A DNA stretch of 38,195 bases from Octopus bimaculoides (lineage: Eukaryota). Below are positions 12,009 through 23,235 of the stretch, piece after piece. Position 1 is the stretch's first letter; each line of letters opens with the position of its first letter. A program made the translations under genes and the position numbers. The stretch spans positions 11,060,183 to 11,098,377 of the forward strand of contig NC_068994.1 of the NCBI RefSeq assembly GCF_001194135.2, in the 5' to 3' direction. Below the pieces are notes generated by a model. It saw only the letters and a list, made by a program, of their open reading frames with translations, did not search any database and had not been told where the DNA came from.

Positions 12009-12724
12009 AATACACATTCACACAAATAAATCTATAGTTGTATGTCGATATATGTATATACATATATATTTATGTATTTATGCATGCTTGTGTATATACA
12101 TGTACGTATATGCGTATAAAAAGAATCTAGTGAAGGTGGTTTTAGTGTGTCTCACTAAAACTGTATTTATGGATATAAAAATTAAAATGATGAAAGCTGT
12201 AAGTTGAGTGGAAATTTTCAACGTTTCATACATAATTCCTTCATCAGGCAGAAAAGGATGATTAGTTACAGTAGGAGGATATGGAGAAACCAAATGAAAG
12301 TGGATAATGGAAGCTGAATTATCCATACGTGGGAGGAAAATAGACGAAGAGCGAATGAAGAAAAACATTGATCTACAGATCAATATCCGTATCAATTTTA
12401 CAAAGATGGCTGATGAAATGGTTCGGTTATGTGATTATATAATGATGGAATGTAATATATAATTGAGTAAAAAGGTAATAATACTTTGTATATATTCGTG
12501 ATATGAACGATATTTCTATTCATATTCATTAAATATATACGTAGATATTCATACATGCATATATGCACTTATACATACATACATACATACATACATACAT
12601 ACATACATACATACACATACACGCAGAGGCGTGAAAGGTTTCAATGAAAAACCTTTTTCTCCACGTGCTGTGTTGTCAAAATTATGAAAAGATGGAAAAT
12701 GCATAGAACATATATTTATACATA

Positions 12725-13023
12725 TCAGTTATAAATTCATTTATCAAAATATTTACATGGTCCAGAATTGGTTATATGTCCATATTCATGCGTGGTTGAT
12801 ACCCTCCATCCTTCATCAGTTTTCTTGGGGAAATTTCAAATCTGGGTTCTCATTCCTAAGGTATTTTTCGATGTTAATATTATTAATATTATTATTCAGG
12901 TCACTGTCTGGAATCAAAATTGGAATCTTGGAGTTAGCAGCCCGCGCTCTCAACCACTACGCCATATGCCCGTAAATAATGTATATAATGTACATAATTC
13001 CTCATCTCTTAAATATAGAACTG
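12725..13023 (-). mobile_element. Composite non-autonomous element: TIR-like end, tRNA-like head and hammerhead-like core
   Basis: On the minus strand: TA|CAGTTCTATATTTAAGAGATGAGGAATTATGTAC (matches 23696-23729 at about 33/34), then the tRNA-like TGGCGTAGTGGTT...CTGCTAA...TTGATTCC (12975-12895), then CTGATGA-A-GGATG...CAACC (12819-12793). The boundary near 12725 is uncertain. Confidence 0.55.
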
Positions 13024-13025
13024 TA

Positions 13026-14777
13026 ATAGCTTTATATGCCTTATTATTTTTAGGGTTCGGGTGGCTTATTTCGTTATATTTCCCTTAGTGTTTCGATAAC
13101 AATTCTCTTCGCATATTTTATCTCATCATCAGTGAGTAAGAAAGGATAGTATCTCTCGACTACTATGATTTTAGGATCATGAAGTCGTAGGTCCCGGGTA
13201 TTTGCATCGGATGCTAATGTGCATATCCTTCATGCTAAATAAAAAAGGATATTTATTTTACTGTCTTTCGGTTGACATCAGTTGAATAATAAGTATTGCT
13301 CTGAGTCTGTTGGTTTATAATAGATGTCGTTTTCAATTAGGTTACTGACTACTTTTGATTAAAATGTCAAGGAATGGAAGTTTCTCTTTGCAATATTCCA
13401 TTGTAAATTGAATGTTAATATTCATACCGTTGAGAAGGCGGTCAGCCGGACAAAATATTTTGCGGCATTTAATCTGTCTTCACCTTCTCATTTCAAATTC
13501 CGCCCTGGTCGATTTTACCTTTCATTATTTCAGGATTGATGTAATCTACTTCTCCCTCCCCGAAAATTGCTGCATTTTGTACTAAAATTCCCAAATTAGT
13601 ATTTATAACACCGAGCAGTGATTTAAATTCGAATATTTATCAATACCTTAATTCCAAAGGATAAAACAGTCGTCCAAATATCTTTGCCAGTTCTCTTTTA
13701 TATATTGGTGAAATGAGTATCCACATTTTTGTAGTAATACTCGATATATAGTCTATTCTAAATATCCTATTGTTAGGTTCGCAAGATCTGGGGCTGTTTT
13801 TTTCCCATCGCAATTCCACATTTTGTTGTAATTGGTATGAAACATGAAGTAATTGTTCTGGAGGATAAATTCTTATGCTTCAATAATGAATTCCTTGTTG
13901 ATGCACCCTGGTACTTCTTCTGGATATTTCTCTAACCAGAATTTGATTGTGTCTCTTTTATAATTGCGTGGGATATTAGTATACAGGTTCACAGCATCGT
14001 AGGATACCATAACTGTCTTTTCATTGATTGTTTTGGGACGTGGTTTAGCAAATCCAAATAATTTCTAATGAAGTTTTTGGTATATGTCAGAAAGGTTTGC
14101 CGTAGGAAGTCAAGTAAATAGCTCAAGCGATGTGTTTCACATGATGAGCCAGATACAATGGATCTTAGTTTTAAATCTCGTTAATGTATATACAGGGTAA
14201 TTGCTTGCTGGCTTCATTAATTATCTGGCACTTGTGGATTTTTGGTAAAGCGTAAAAAGGAATAGGTTTAAATTGAAAATTTGTTATATAATCAATTTCT
14301 TTGTCTATCAGACGTTTTCCATGTCGGTGAGGTAAAGCCGAGAGATTTTTTTCATTATTCTCTGTTGTTAATAGTTTTCAACCTTTTCGGAGTAGGAATC
14401 GTTTTCTCGCATAGACAGTACTATTTCTTTGTAATATTCTGTATCCATCAGTACTACAGCACTTTCTTTATCAGCTTCTTTGTCAATTCTTTATCATTTC
14501 GCAATTCAATTAAGTTTTTTTTTTCCATTCAGTAGTGATAAAGTTTGAGGTAATTCTATCTTTGTGTAATGCATTATACGAGAAATTCAGAAAACGGTCA
14601 CACAATTCATCGAGTGTTTTATTCACACCTTCAGGTGGAAGATAATTGCTTTTGTTTCTAACAAGTGAATCATCGTCGTTTTAGGGTCAAGTAGTGCTTT
14701 TGTGATACACATTTTTTTGAAAAATTCTGTAACATTGTCTGCGTGGGGTTGGGGTAAAGTTGAGTCCTTTCAATATT
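13026..14777 (-). mobile_element. Penelope-like element reverse transcriptase relic
   Basis: Ordered PLE motifs on the minus strand: KGLNFTPTP (about 14770), KEADKESAVVLMD, FYALPKIHK, VSYDAVNLYTNIP, GIAMG, RYLDDCFILW (about 13670), IQFTMEYCKEKLPFLDILI, DIYYKPTDSEQYLLFN. Multiple stops and frameshifts. Confidence 0.93.
13435..13612 (+). mobile_element. SINE family B nested in the Penelope RT
   Basis: aaggcggtcagccgg...ttcaaattccgccctggtcgattttacctttcat...; flanked by gag (13432-34 and 13613-15). Removing it restores the RT reading FKSLL-NGMNINIQF. Confidence 0.75.
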
Positions 14778-15010
14778 CTTCTTTTACTCTTTTGCTTGTT
14801 TCAGTCCTTTGACTATGGCCATGCTGGAGCACCACCTTGAAGGGTTTTAGTCAAACATATCGAGCCCAGAACTTATTTCTTTTAAGCCTAGTACTTATTA
14901 CATCGATCTATTATGCCAAACCATTAAGTTACAGGGACGTAAACACACTAACATCGGTTGTTAAGCGGTGCCGGTACTCAAACACAGACACAAAAGCATA
15001 CTCACATAGA
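14778..15010 (-). mobile_element. SINE family A, 3' half
   Basis: cttttactcttttgcttgtttcagtc...ggccatgctggagcaccacc...ttaagcctagtactta matches 10312-10500. Confidence 0.85.
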
Positions 15011-15719
15011 TACACCCCTATATATATATATATATATATATNNNNNNNNNNNNNNNNNNNNNNNNNNNNNNNNNNNNNNNNNNNNNNNNNNNNNNNNNNN
15101 NNNNNNNNNNNNNNNNNNNNNNNNNNNNNNNNNNNNNNNNNNNNNNNNNNNNNNNNNNNNNNNNNNNNNNNNNNNNNNNNNNNNNNNNNNNNNNNNNNNN
15201 NNNNNNNNNNNNNNNNNNNNNNNNNNNNNNNNNNNNNNNNNNNNNNNNNNNNNNNNNNNNNNNNNNNNNNNNNNNNNNNNNNNNNNNNNNNNNNNNNNNN
15301 NNNNNNNNNNNNNNNNNNNNNNNNNNNNNNNNNNNNNNNNNNNNNNNNNNNNNNNNNNNNNNNNNNNNNNNNNNNNNNNNNNNNNNNNNNNNNCTAGAGA
15401 GGGTCTAAAAAAGGGGCCTTGAAATTACGCTGTTGTAAATTGTCAGTGACACTAATTATATTTGAATAGTTAGAAGACTGGTTTTGTATTCTAAGTCTAT
15501 TACGCGGTTCCTGGTTCCTCGTTGAGAGTCAAATGTGTTTCTCATTCCTGGAGAAAAATTGATTTTAACCAACTCTAGGTTGATTCCGTCTCTTCTTTCT
15601 AATTTGTGAATTATCCATGTTTCTGGTTTGAATGCGATTTACTTCCATATGTGAGGTTAATTTTGTGTGGTTTATTCAAAATAAAAATAAAAAAAACTAG
15701 GTAAGAAAGGACAGGCATA

Positions 15720-15838
15720 CTTCAAGTAGGACCACTCTGTCGGTTACGACGTCTAGGGTCCCAGCTGATACGATCAACGGAACAGCTTGCTCATGAAATT
15801 ATGTGGTTGAGGGGCAAACGTCTTACCACACAGCCATT
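15720..15838 (-). mobile_element. Short chimeric SINE remnant (family A head joined to family C tail)
   Basis: 15801-15838 is an A-type head (tggctgtgtggtaag...caaccacat); 15730-15800 is a C-type 3' end (gcaagctgttccgttgatcg..tcagctgggaccct..cgtcgtaacc). Confidence 0.55.
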
Positions 15839-15959
15839 AAAAAGATGTGATGGTCATGGGTGGAGCAAATTGATTTTGATTATGACTATACTCAGTTATG
15901 GTCGACCAGAGGCTAAATGATGAAGAAGACACAGGCACGCTAGCTAATACAAAGACTTC

Positions 15960-16092
15960 AGTCCTCCGAGATCCACTTTCCATTTCATCTTTTCGGGGTC
16001 GATAAAATAAGTACCAGTTGAACACTGGGGTCGATATAATCGTCTTATCCCTTCGCCCAGAATTGTTGCTCTGTGCTAAAATTTTGGAAGAT
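15960..16092 (+). mobile_element. SINE family B, 3' part
   Basis: ttcatcttttcggggtcgataaaataagtaccagttgaacactggggtcgat matches 32695-32740. Confidence 0.8.
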
Positions 16093-16119
16093 TATTATCA
16101 TTTCAGCGCGCTCGCGCAT

Positions 16120-16332
16120 ACACTCACACTCAATCACACACACACACTCACACACACACATACACACACACACAAACACACAAACACATACATTGCTAAA
16201 GCTTACCTACACAAAGACAGCATTATATCGAGGAATATAAATACACGCAAACATAAAATACATACACATACGTTGACAAATATCTAAAGAAAGACAGAGA
16301 GAAAGAGAGAGAGAGGGAGAGGGAGAGGAAGT

Positions 16333-16363
<31 letters not shown>

Positions 16364-16565
16364 GAGAGAGAGAACAATAAAGGGGAGACATGAAAGAAGA
16401 GTCGAAGAGAAAGAGGCATATAGAAAAATCACATATATGTATGCGTATATATATATATATATATATATACTTATATAAATATACACATATATATATATGT
16501 ATATACTTATATACATATACGTATATATATACATACATATATATATATATAAATATATATATATA
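16120..16565. repeat. (CA)n, (GA)n and (TA)n microsatellite cluster
   Basis: Directly visible. Confidence 0.9.
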
Positions 16566-16931
16566 NNNNNNNNNNNNNNNNNNNNNNNNNNNNNNNNNNN
16601 NNNNNNNNNNNNNNNNNNNNNNNNNNNNNNNNNNNNNNNNNNNNNNNNNNNNNNNNNNNNNNNNNNNNNNNNNNNNNNNNNNNNNNNNNNNNNNNNNNNN
16701 NNNNNNNNNNNNNNNNNNNNNNNNNNNNNNNNNNNNNNNNNNNNNNNNNNNNNNNNNNNNNNNNNNNNNNNNNNNNNNNNNNNNNNNNNNNNNNNNNNNN
16801 NNNNNNNNNNNNNNNNNNNNNNNNNNNNNNNNNNNNNNNNNNNNNNNNNNNNNNNNNNNNNNNNNNNNNNNNNNNNNNNNNNNNNNNNNNNNNNNNNNNN
16901 NNNNNNNNNNNNNNNNNNNNNNNNNNNNNNN

Positions 16932-16983
<52 letters not shown>

Positions 16984-17099
16984 GAAGTATATATACACAT
17001 ACACAGATCTATATGTATTGACATACATACAATTTATATACACATCCCTATGTGTATTTGTAAATTTATGTGTGTGTATGTGTGAAGTCATTATCACAC

Positions 17100-17260
17100 C
17101 GTTGCACCATCACACCAACAAGACGACCGACTAACCAACCAACCCACCAACCAGCCAGCCAGCCAACAAGACATCCACCCTACAAAACTACCAAACCATC
17201 TATCCAGCCGTCCATCCATCCATCCAGCTATCCACCCACCCATCCAGACAGCCTCAACCC
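17100..17260. repeat. Decayed (ACC/AGCC/ATCC)n tetranucleotide-type repeat
   Basis: ccaaccaacccaccaaccagccagccagcc...catccatccatcc. Confidence 0.8.
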
Positions 17261-18449
17261 AACAACGTCCAAATCCCCATAGTCGTTACCTAACCTCAAC
17301 CGCCACCAACCCTGTCCTACAACGCACACACATACGCACACGTACAGCTCATACGAATACCACCTCCCTACGTCTCTCCTACTGCATCTACTACACCAGT
17401 CCACACAATTTTTAAGACCAGAGAGAACCAGACATGAGAACGCGATCGATAAATATTTCCAACGTCCTCATGTTACACTCTTCCTGTCTTCCATACATTC
17501 TCTTACATGCTATGTATTGGTTCTTATCGATCTATTCTCAACCTGCCAGACTACTGAACGCCTATCTCCAGTTATGTATGCATGTACGTATGTATATATA
17601 TATATATGTACGTATGCATTATGTATGTATGTGTGTAGGTAGGTCTGTAGGAAGGTAGTTATGTAGGTAGGTATATATATGTAGAAGCGTATGTATCAGC
17701 TAGTGCGTATAGGAGTGTGTATATATATATGTATATGTGTTTATATGTATAGATTTTTGGTGTGTATGTGCACATTGTTGTCATAAGTATGTATGTGTAT
17801 GTATGTGCATTCACATACAGCATATATATATATATATATGTTTGTATGTGTATGTGTGTGTGTAAATATTTATCCCTATGTATTTGTATGTATACTTACG
17901 TATATAAGTGTATGCATATATATATGTATGTATGAGTATGTATATATGTATGAATATATATATATACATACACACACACACACATATATATATATAATGA
18001 AACGTATACGAACAAACACACACTAACACACACATACACACATACATATATAGGTTAGTTTTCTATTTATGTATGCGTAGGTGCATATATATATGCGTAT
18101 ACACACACACACACCACACACACACACATATATATGTACATATATATATATATACATAGACACGAATAAGTATATATATCGATATATCGATATATATATT
18201 ATATATATATGTGTGTGTGTGTATGTGTCAGTATATGCATGTATATGCATATATATTACACAAGTACGTACACATACACACAGAGAAACATTCATACATA
18301 TACATACATATGCATAAACACACACTCGCACACACACGCATACGCACGCGCGCCCGCATGTATATAGTTTTCTTTTAAATTTTACCACGGCTACATACAA
18401 ATACTTACACATATACACAATTCTTGTGTCTAGCTGATGGTGTCGAAGA

Positions 18450-18600
18450 TAACGACTGAGTTGTCGGTGATGACGATGACGATGATGATGATGACGATGA
18501 TGATTATAGTGATGACGATGATGATGATGATGACGATGACATCGACAACGACGGCGATGGCGACTGTTACGCCGTCGACGACCATGATGATTCTGACGCT
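18450..18600. repeat. (GAT/GAC)n trinucleotide array
   Basis: Explains the poly-M/T ORF 18437-18628. Confidence 0.9.
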
Positions 18601-18705
18601 GTTATCAAACATTGATGGAATTCTCTAACCTGCTTACGTACGCACACATAAATACACACGTACATAAGTACACATACACATACATACCTACATAGATATA
18701 CATAT

Positions 18706-18746
<41 letters not shown>

Positions 18747-19088
18747 NNNNNNNNNNNNNNNNNNNNNNNNNNNNNNNNNNNNNNNNNNNNNNNNNNNNNN
18801 NNNNNNNNNNNNNNNNNNNNNNNNNNNNNNNNNNNNNNNNNNNNNNNNNNNNNNNNNNNNNNNNNNNNNNNNNNNNNNNNNNNNNNNNNNNNNNNNNNNN
18901 NNNNNNNNNNNNNNNNNNNNNNNNNNNNNNNNNNNNNNNNNNNNNNNNNNNNNNNNNNNNNNNNNNNNNNNNNNNNNNNNNNNNNNNNNNNNNNNNNNNN
19001 NNNNNNNNNNNNNNNNNNNNNNNNNNNNNNNNNNNNNNNNNNNNNNNNNNNNNNNNNNNNNNNNNNNNNNNNNNNNNNNNNNNNNNNN

Positions 19089-19137
<49 letters not shown>

Positions 19138-19596
19138 TTTAGGTATTTCTATCTGTTTGGTTGCCTGTGTGTCTGCTTGCCGGTTTGTCCGTCTTTCTTG
19201 CTCTATATGTACGTGTGAACGTACGTATATGTGTATGTACTTACACATTATTGCATAAAATATATTGACGAGGCATCTATATTACCATGCCATACCACAG
19301 ATAGTTCTACTATGAACAAAATGTTACAAATGTCTCATAGTTAAATCATGTAGGTTCTCGATACACAAGTTGTAGGTTTGAGTTATATCTTTTCTGGTCA
19401 CAACTCTGTTAACTCATTTGTGAGGAAAGAAAAATACAAAATGATCTCCCTTGAATTTGACTATGACGACTCCAAGTGAATGGGGTCTCATTATGTAAAC
19501 GATAGAACTATAATAAACAGAAGCTAAAGCGACTTACGCAACTATCCATCTCAGTGTCTGAATATAGGGAAAGACTCATTATATAATCGTTTTTAC

Positions 19597-19790
19597 TATA
19601 GGCACAAGGCCTGACATTTTTGTGGAGGAGACTAGCTGATTACATTGACCCCAGTGCTCAACTGGTACTTATTTTATCGACCGCGAAAGGATGAAAAGTA
19701 AAGGTGACCTTAGCGAAATTTGAACTCAGAACGTAAAGACAGCATTTTGGCTGAGACGCTAATGATTCAGCCAGCTCGCCACGCATGACT
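19597..19790 (-). mobile_element. SINE family B, near full length
   Basis: ggcacaaggcc...gaccccagtgctcaactggtacttattttatcgacc...aatttgaactcagaacgt...gccagctcgcc is the reverse complement of the 32597-32800 pattern. Confidence 0.88.
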
Positions 19791-19930
19791 TATGCAATGC
19801 TGACCTAATTATTGTTTAGTTGTGGGTATTTGTATTGCTGTTTCTGTTGTTTTGTCTGTGGTCAGACCAGACTGATCCTAGCTATGGTCAAAGCATTCCA
19901 TCCATGACCATCATGCTTTATTTTCATTAG

Positions 19931-20185
19931 TGTCACTGCGGAATCCTTCCAAAAGTGACGCCTTCGCATATCAAGTCATTGCATGCGGCACCACGAGAAA
20001 GAATCACGGCATGGTACGCCAAGCGTGGGAGACGTTGTTTGACTTTTATCGACAATCTGTGGTGAGGGCCACCCAGGATTGAATTCTATACATGAACTGA
20101 AGATGGGTCGAGATGATTGGCGTAACGGCTTTGTCTTCTAGGACCGGACGGAAGCTTGGTCAAATTTAAGTAAATGAAGTGAGAC
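19931..20185 (+). mobile_element. RTE-like LINE 3' end relic
   Basis: Across frameshifts: CHC..., AYQVI, NHG, YAKRGRRCLTFIDNL, GLNSIHELKMGRDDWRN. This resembles the RTE C-terminus (GHC...LW.P.HG..RGR...T.IDNL..DTGL..I.EL...M.DRD.WR). A decayed TAAG-like tail follows. Confidence 0.65.
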
Positions 20186-20711
20186 GTCGTACAAAATAGA
20201 GTTGCGTTTCAAAATATTATTAAACACCTACAATAGATTTAAATATATTCACGACACGATGTAGATAATCTAATAAACCATCCCTTCAGCCATCTTGCCT
20301 GTATATAAGACAAATGCCCACCCCATACTGTTTTTAGGTAATTAAGGGAGTCACAGATCAATGCAAGTAACTAAATGAGCTATTGTACTCCAGCGATTTA
20401 TCTGATTACACGTAGAGAAAGCGGTACAAATATCCTCCGGGGACCTCATTAGTCATTTTCTGTAAACTACGAAATGCTGAGATAAACTTAGTGCCTAGTA
20501 TCTTTTCTTAAATTTGTATCTTTCTATCGTAATCAATTCTTGCATAATAAAATGAAACCAAATGATAACTACAGTTTCATAGCAAAATAAAAAAAAAAAA
20601 CTTTGGGAGTTGTACACTTTAATTTCCCACACGAAGAGATATAAAATTTTCTGAGCTTAGCCTTATAAGTCTGAAAGAATCGTTTTTTATTTCTAATTAA
20701 ATTTAATTTTG

Positions 20712-20752
<41 letters not shown>

Positions 20753-21546
20753 NNNNNNNNNNNNNNNNNNNNNNNNNNNNNNNNNNNNNNNNNNNNNNNN
20801 NNNNNNNNNNNNNNNNNNNNNNNNNNNNNNNNNNNNNNNNNNNNNNNNNNNNNNNNNNNNNNNNNNNNNNNNNNNNNNNNNNNNNNNNNNNNNNNNNNNN
20901 NNNNNNNNNNNNNNNNNNNNNNNNNNNNNNNNNNNNNNNNNNNNNNNNNNNNNNNNNNNNNNNNNNNNNNNNNNNNNNNNNNNNNNNNNNNNNNNNNNNN
21001 NNNNNNNNNNNNNNNNNNNNNNNNNNNNNNNNNNNNNNNNNNNNNNNNNNNNNNNNNNNNNNNNNNNNNNNNNNNNNNNNNNNNNNNNNNNNNNNNNNNN
21101 NNNNNNNNNNNNNNNNNNNNNNNNNNNNNNNNNNNNNNNNNNNNNNNNNNNNNNNNNNNNNNNNNNNNNNNNNNNNNNNNNNNNNNNNNNNNNNNNNNNN
21201 NNNNNNNNNNNNNNNNNNNNNNNNNNNNNNNNNNNNNNNNNNNNNNNNNNNNNNNNNNNNNNNNNNNNNNNNNNNNNNNNNNNNNNNNNNNNNNNNNNNN
21301 NNNNNNNNNNNNNNNNNNNNNNNNNNNNNNNNNNNNNNNNNNNNNNNNNNNNNNNNNNNNNNNNNNNNNNNNNNNNNNNNNNNNNNNNNNNNNNNNNNNN
21401 NNNNNNNNNNNNNNNNNNNNNNNNNNNNNNNNNNNNNNNNNNNNNNNNNNNNNNNNNNNNNNNNNNNNNNNNNNNNNNNNNNNNNNNNNNNNNNNNNNNN
21501 NNNNNNNNNNNNNNNNNNNNNNNNNNNNNNNNNNNNNNNNNNNNNN

Positions 21547-21581
<35 letters not shown>

Positions 21582-21607
21582 ATGTATGTATATATATACA
21601 TATATAT

Positions 21608-21765
21608 AAGACAGCTTCAAGACAATCTTTCCGTCTACCAAATTCACTCATTGGTTGGCCCGGACCTATCGTAGAAAATACCCGAAGTCCTGCGTATTAC
21701 GACTGCCTCTGAAATCACATGGTTGCAAAGCGACCTTCTTAACCACCCAGTCATGCCTGCTCCTA
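21608..21765 (-). mobile_element. SINE family A 5' part, divergent
   Basis: tttccgtctaccaaattcactca...catggttgcaaagcga.cttcttaaccac.cag matches 10740-10878. Confidence 0.7.
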
Positions 21766-22729
21766 CAAGCTATAGATAAAGGGAACGATAGTTAATAGGG
21801 TTAGAGAATTAGTCTTTGTTAGGAATGGCATATTCGTGCTAACGAATATGCCAGTTCGCTGCCTTAATAGTGAGGGTAATGTTGATAAACAGAGTGGTGT
21901 ATATTGAAAATCTTAGTTTAAAGGACCGTTTTGTCAGCTCTTTATTTGTAGAGCATGCATTTGCAGCCCTGACAATTGAAACAACGACAATATGCCAGAT
22001 TCACGAAAATGTTAGCGATCCGGGAAGAACACTTAACGCATTTTCCGCCAAACAAGTCGACATAAAATATTATGTAAACATGTAATGTAAGCAGTCACAC
22101 ATTGTCACAATCTTTCCAAATGCTGCTGCAATTTTACGCGAACGTCTTGGTCCTAAGAATTCATCTTGGTGTATAACTCGACCTCCCTTTCTTGGCTGTA
22201 AATTTTAGCCTGGAAACATCGACTTGTACGCCGCAAAATAGTTTATACGTGAAAAAAAAAAATATAGCTATACAGATTCTGTAGAGTTCACTTTGAAGAT
22301 ACGTCTGACATCATAAACAGATGTCTGAAAATGTCATCGAGATTTTATCGAGCAATGAGGCTTGATGTAACGATTATACATTTCACATTTCAAATCGTAG
22401 AAATAATAATTTCAAAAGGTCAGTATATAAGGATATTTCAGTGATGTTAAGGACAACCTCATCCATATTGTAAAAGAATACTGGCGGAATGTTCCTGTGA
22501 AATGTATGATGCGCAACAATCTAGAAATATTGATCTGGTATAAAGAAAAGAAATCGTCGAAGCTGATAGAAATCAGTCGCTCAGAAGATGTTGACATGAT
22601 TTTAAAGACTACGAAAACGGTCTACGTTTTTTATCTTTAGTATTATGTCCTCAGACATGAATAGATACATGCATAGATACGTACATGTTTACATACATGC
22701 ATGAATACATACATTCATACATACATACA

Positions 22730-22763
<34 letters not shown>

Positions 22764-22796
22764 CATACATACATACGTACATACATACATACTATA

Positions 22797-23235
22797 GGCG
22801 CAGAAGGGGCTGTGTGGTAAGTAGCTTGCTTACCAACCACACGGTTCTGGGTTCAGTCCCATTGCGTGGCACGTTGGGCAAGTGTCTTCTACTATAGCCT
22901 CGGGCTGACCAAAGCCTTGTGAGTGGATTTGGTAGACGGAAACTGAAAGAAGCCCGTCGTGTATATCTGTGTGTATTTGTTTGTGTTTGTGCTTGTCTCT
23001 CCAACATCGCTTGACAACCGATGCTGGTGTGCTTATGTCCCCGTAACTTAGCGGTTCGGCAAAAAGAAACCGATAGAATAAATACTAGGCTTACAAANNN
23101 NNNNNNNGTAACTTAGCGGTTCGGCAAAAAGAAACCGATAGAATAAATACTAGGCTTACAAAAAATAAGTCCTGGGGTCGATTTCCTCGACTAAAGGCGG
23201 TGCTCCTGCATGGCCACTGTCAAATGAAGAAAGAA
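22797..23235 (+). mobile_element. SINE family A, full length (contains a 10-N gap and an artefactual duplication)
   Basis: Head aggcgcag..ggctgtgtggtaag...ggttcagtccc through the body to ggcggtgctcc.gcatggcc...gtcaaatga. Confidence 0.92.

Noticed and set aside
12290-12465. K/E/M-rich plus frame MEAELSIRGRKIDEERMKKNIDLQ...
   Set aside because: Stops upstream in frame. It is the antisense of a pyrimidine-rich tract preceding a hammerhead-like core, which explains its composition.
11018-12975. tRNA genes at 11018-11090 and 12895-12975 (also 35345-35410)
   Set aside because: Only A/B boxes and partial arms remain, with no complete cloverleaf. They are heads of repeats.
19931-20061. Apparent plus-strand exon (SLRNPSKSDAF...FYRQSV) with good AG and GT sites
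   Set aside because: Other frames of the same DNA give YAKRGRRCLTFIDNL and GLNSIHELKMGRDDWR, which fit an RTE LINE 3' end better.
1010-22441. Peptide YIRIFQ appears at both about 1010 (-) and 22424 (+) with all-synonymous differences
   Set aside because: Six-residue matches are expected by chance among six-frame translations of this size, and the flanks do not align.
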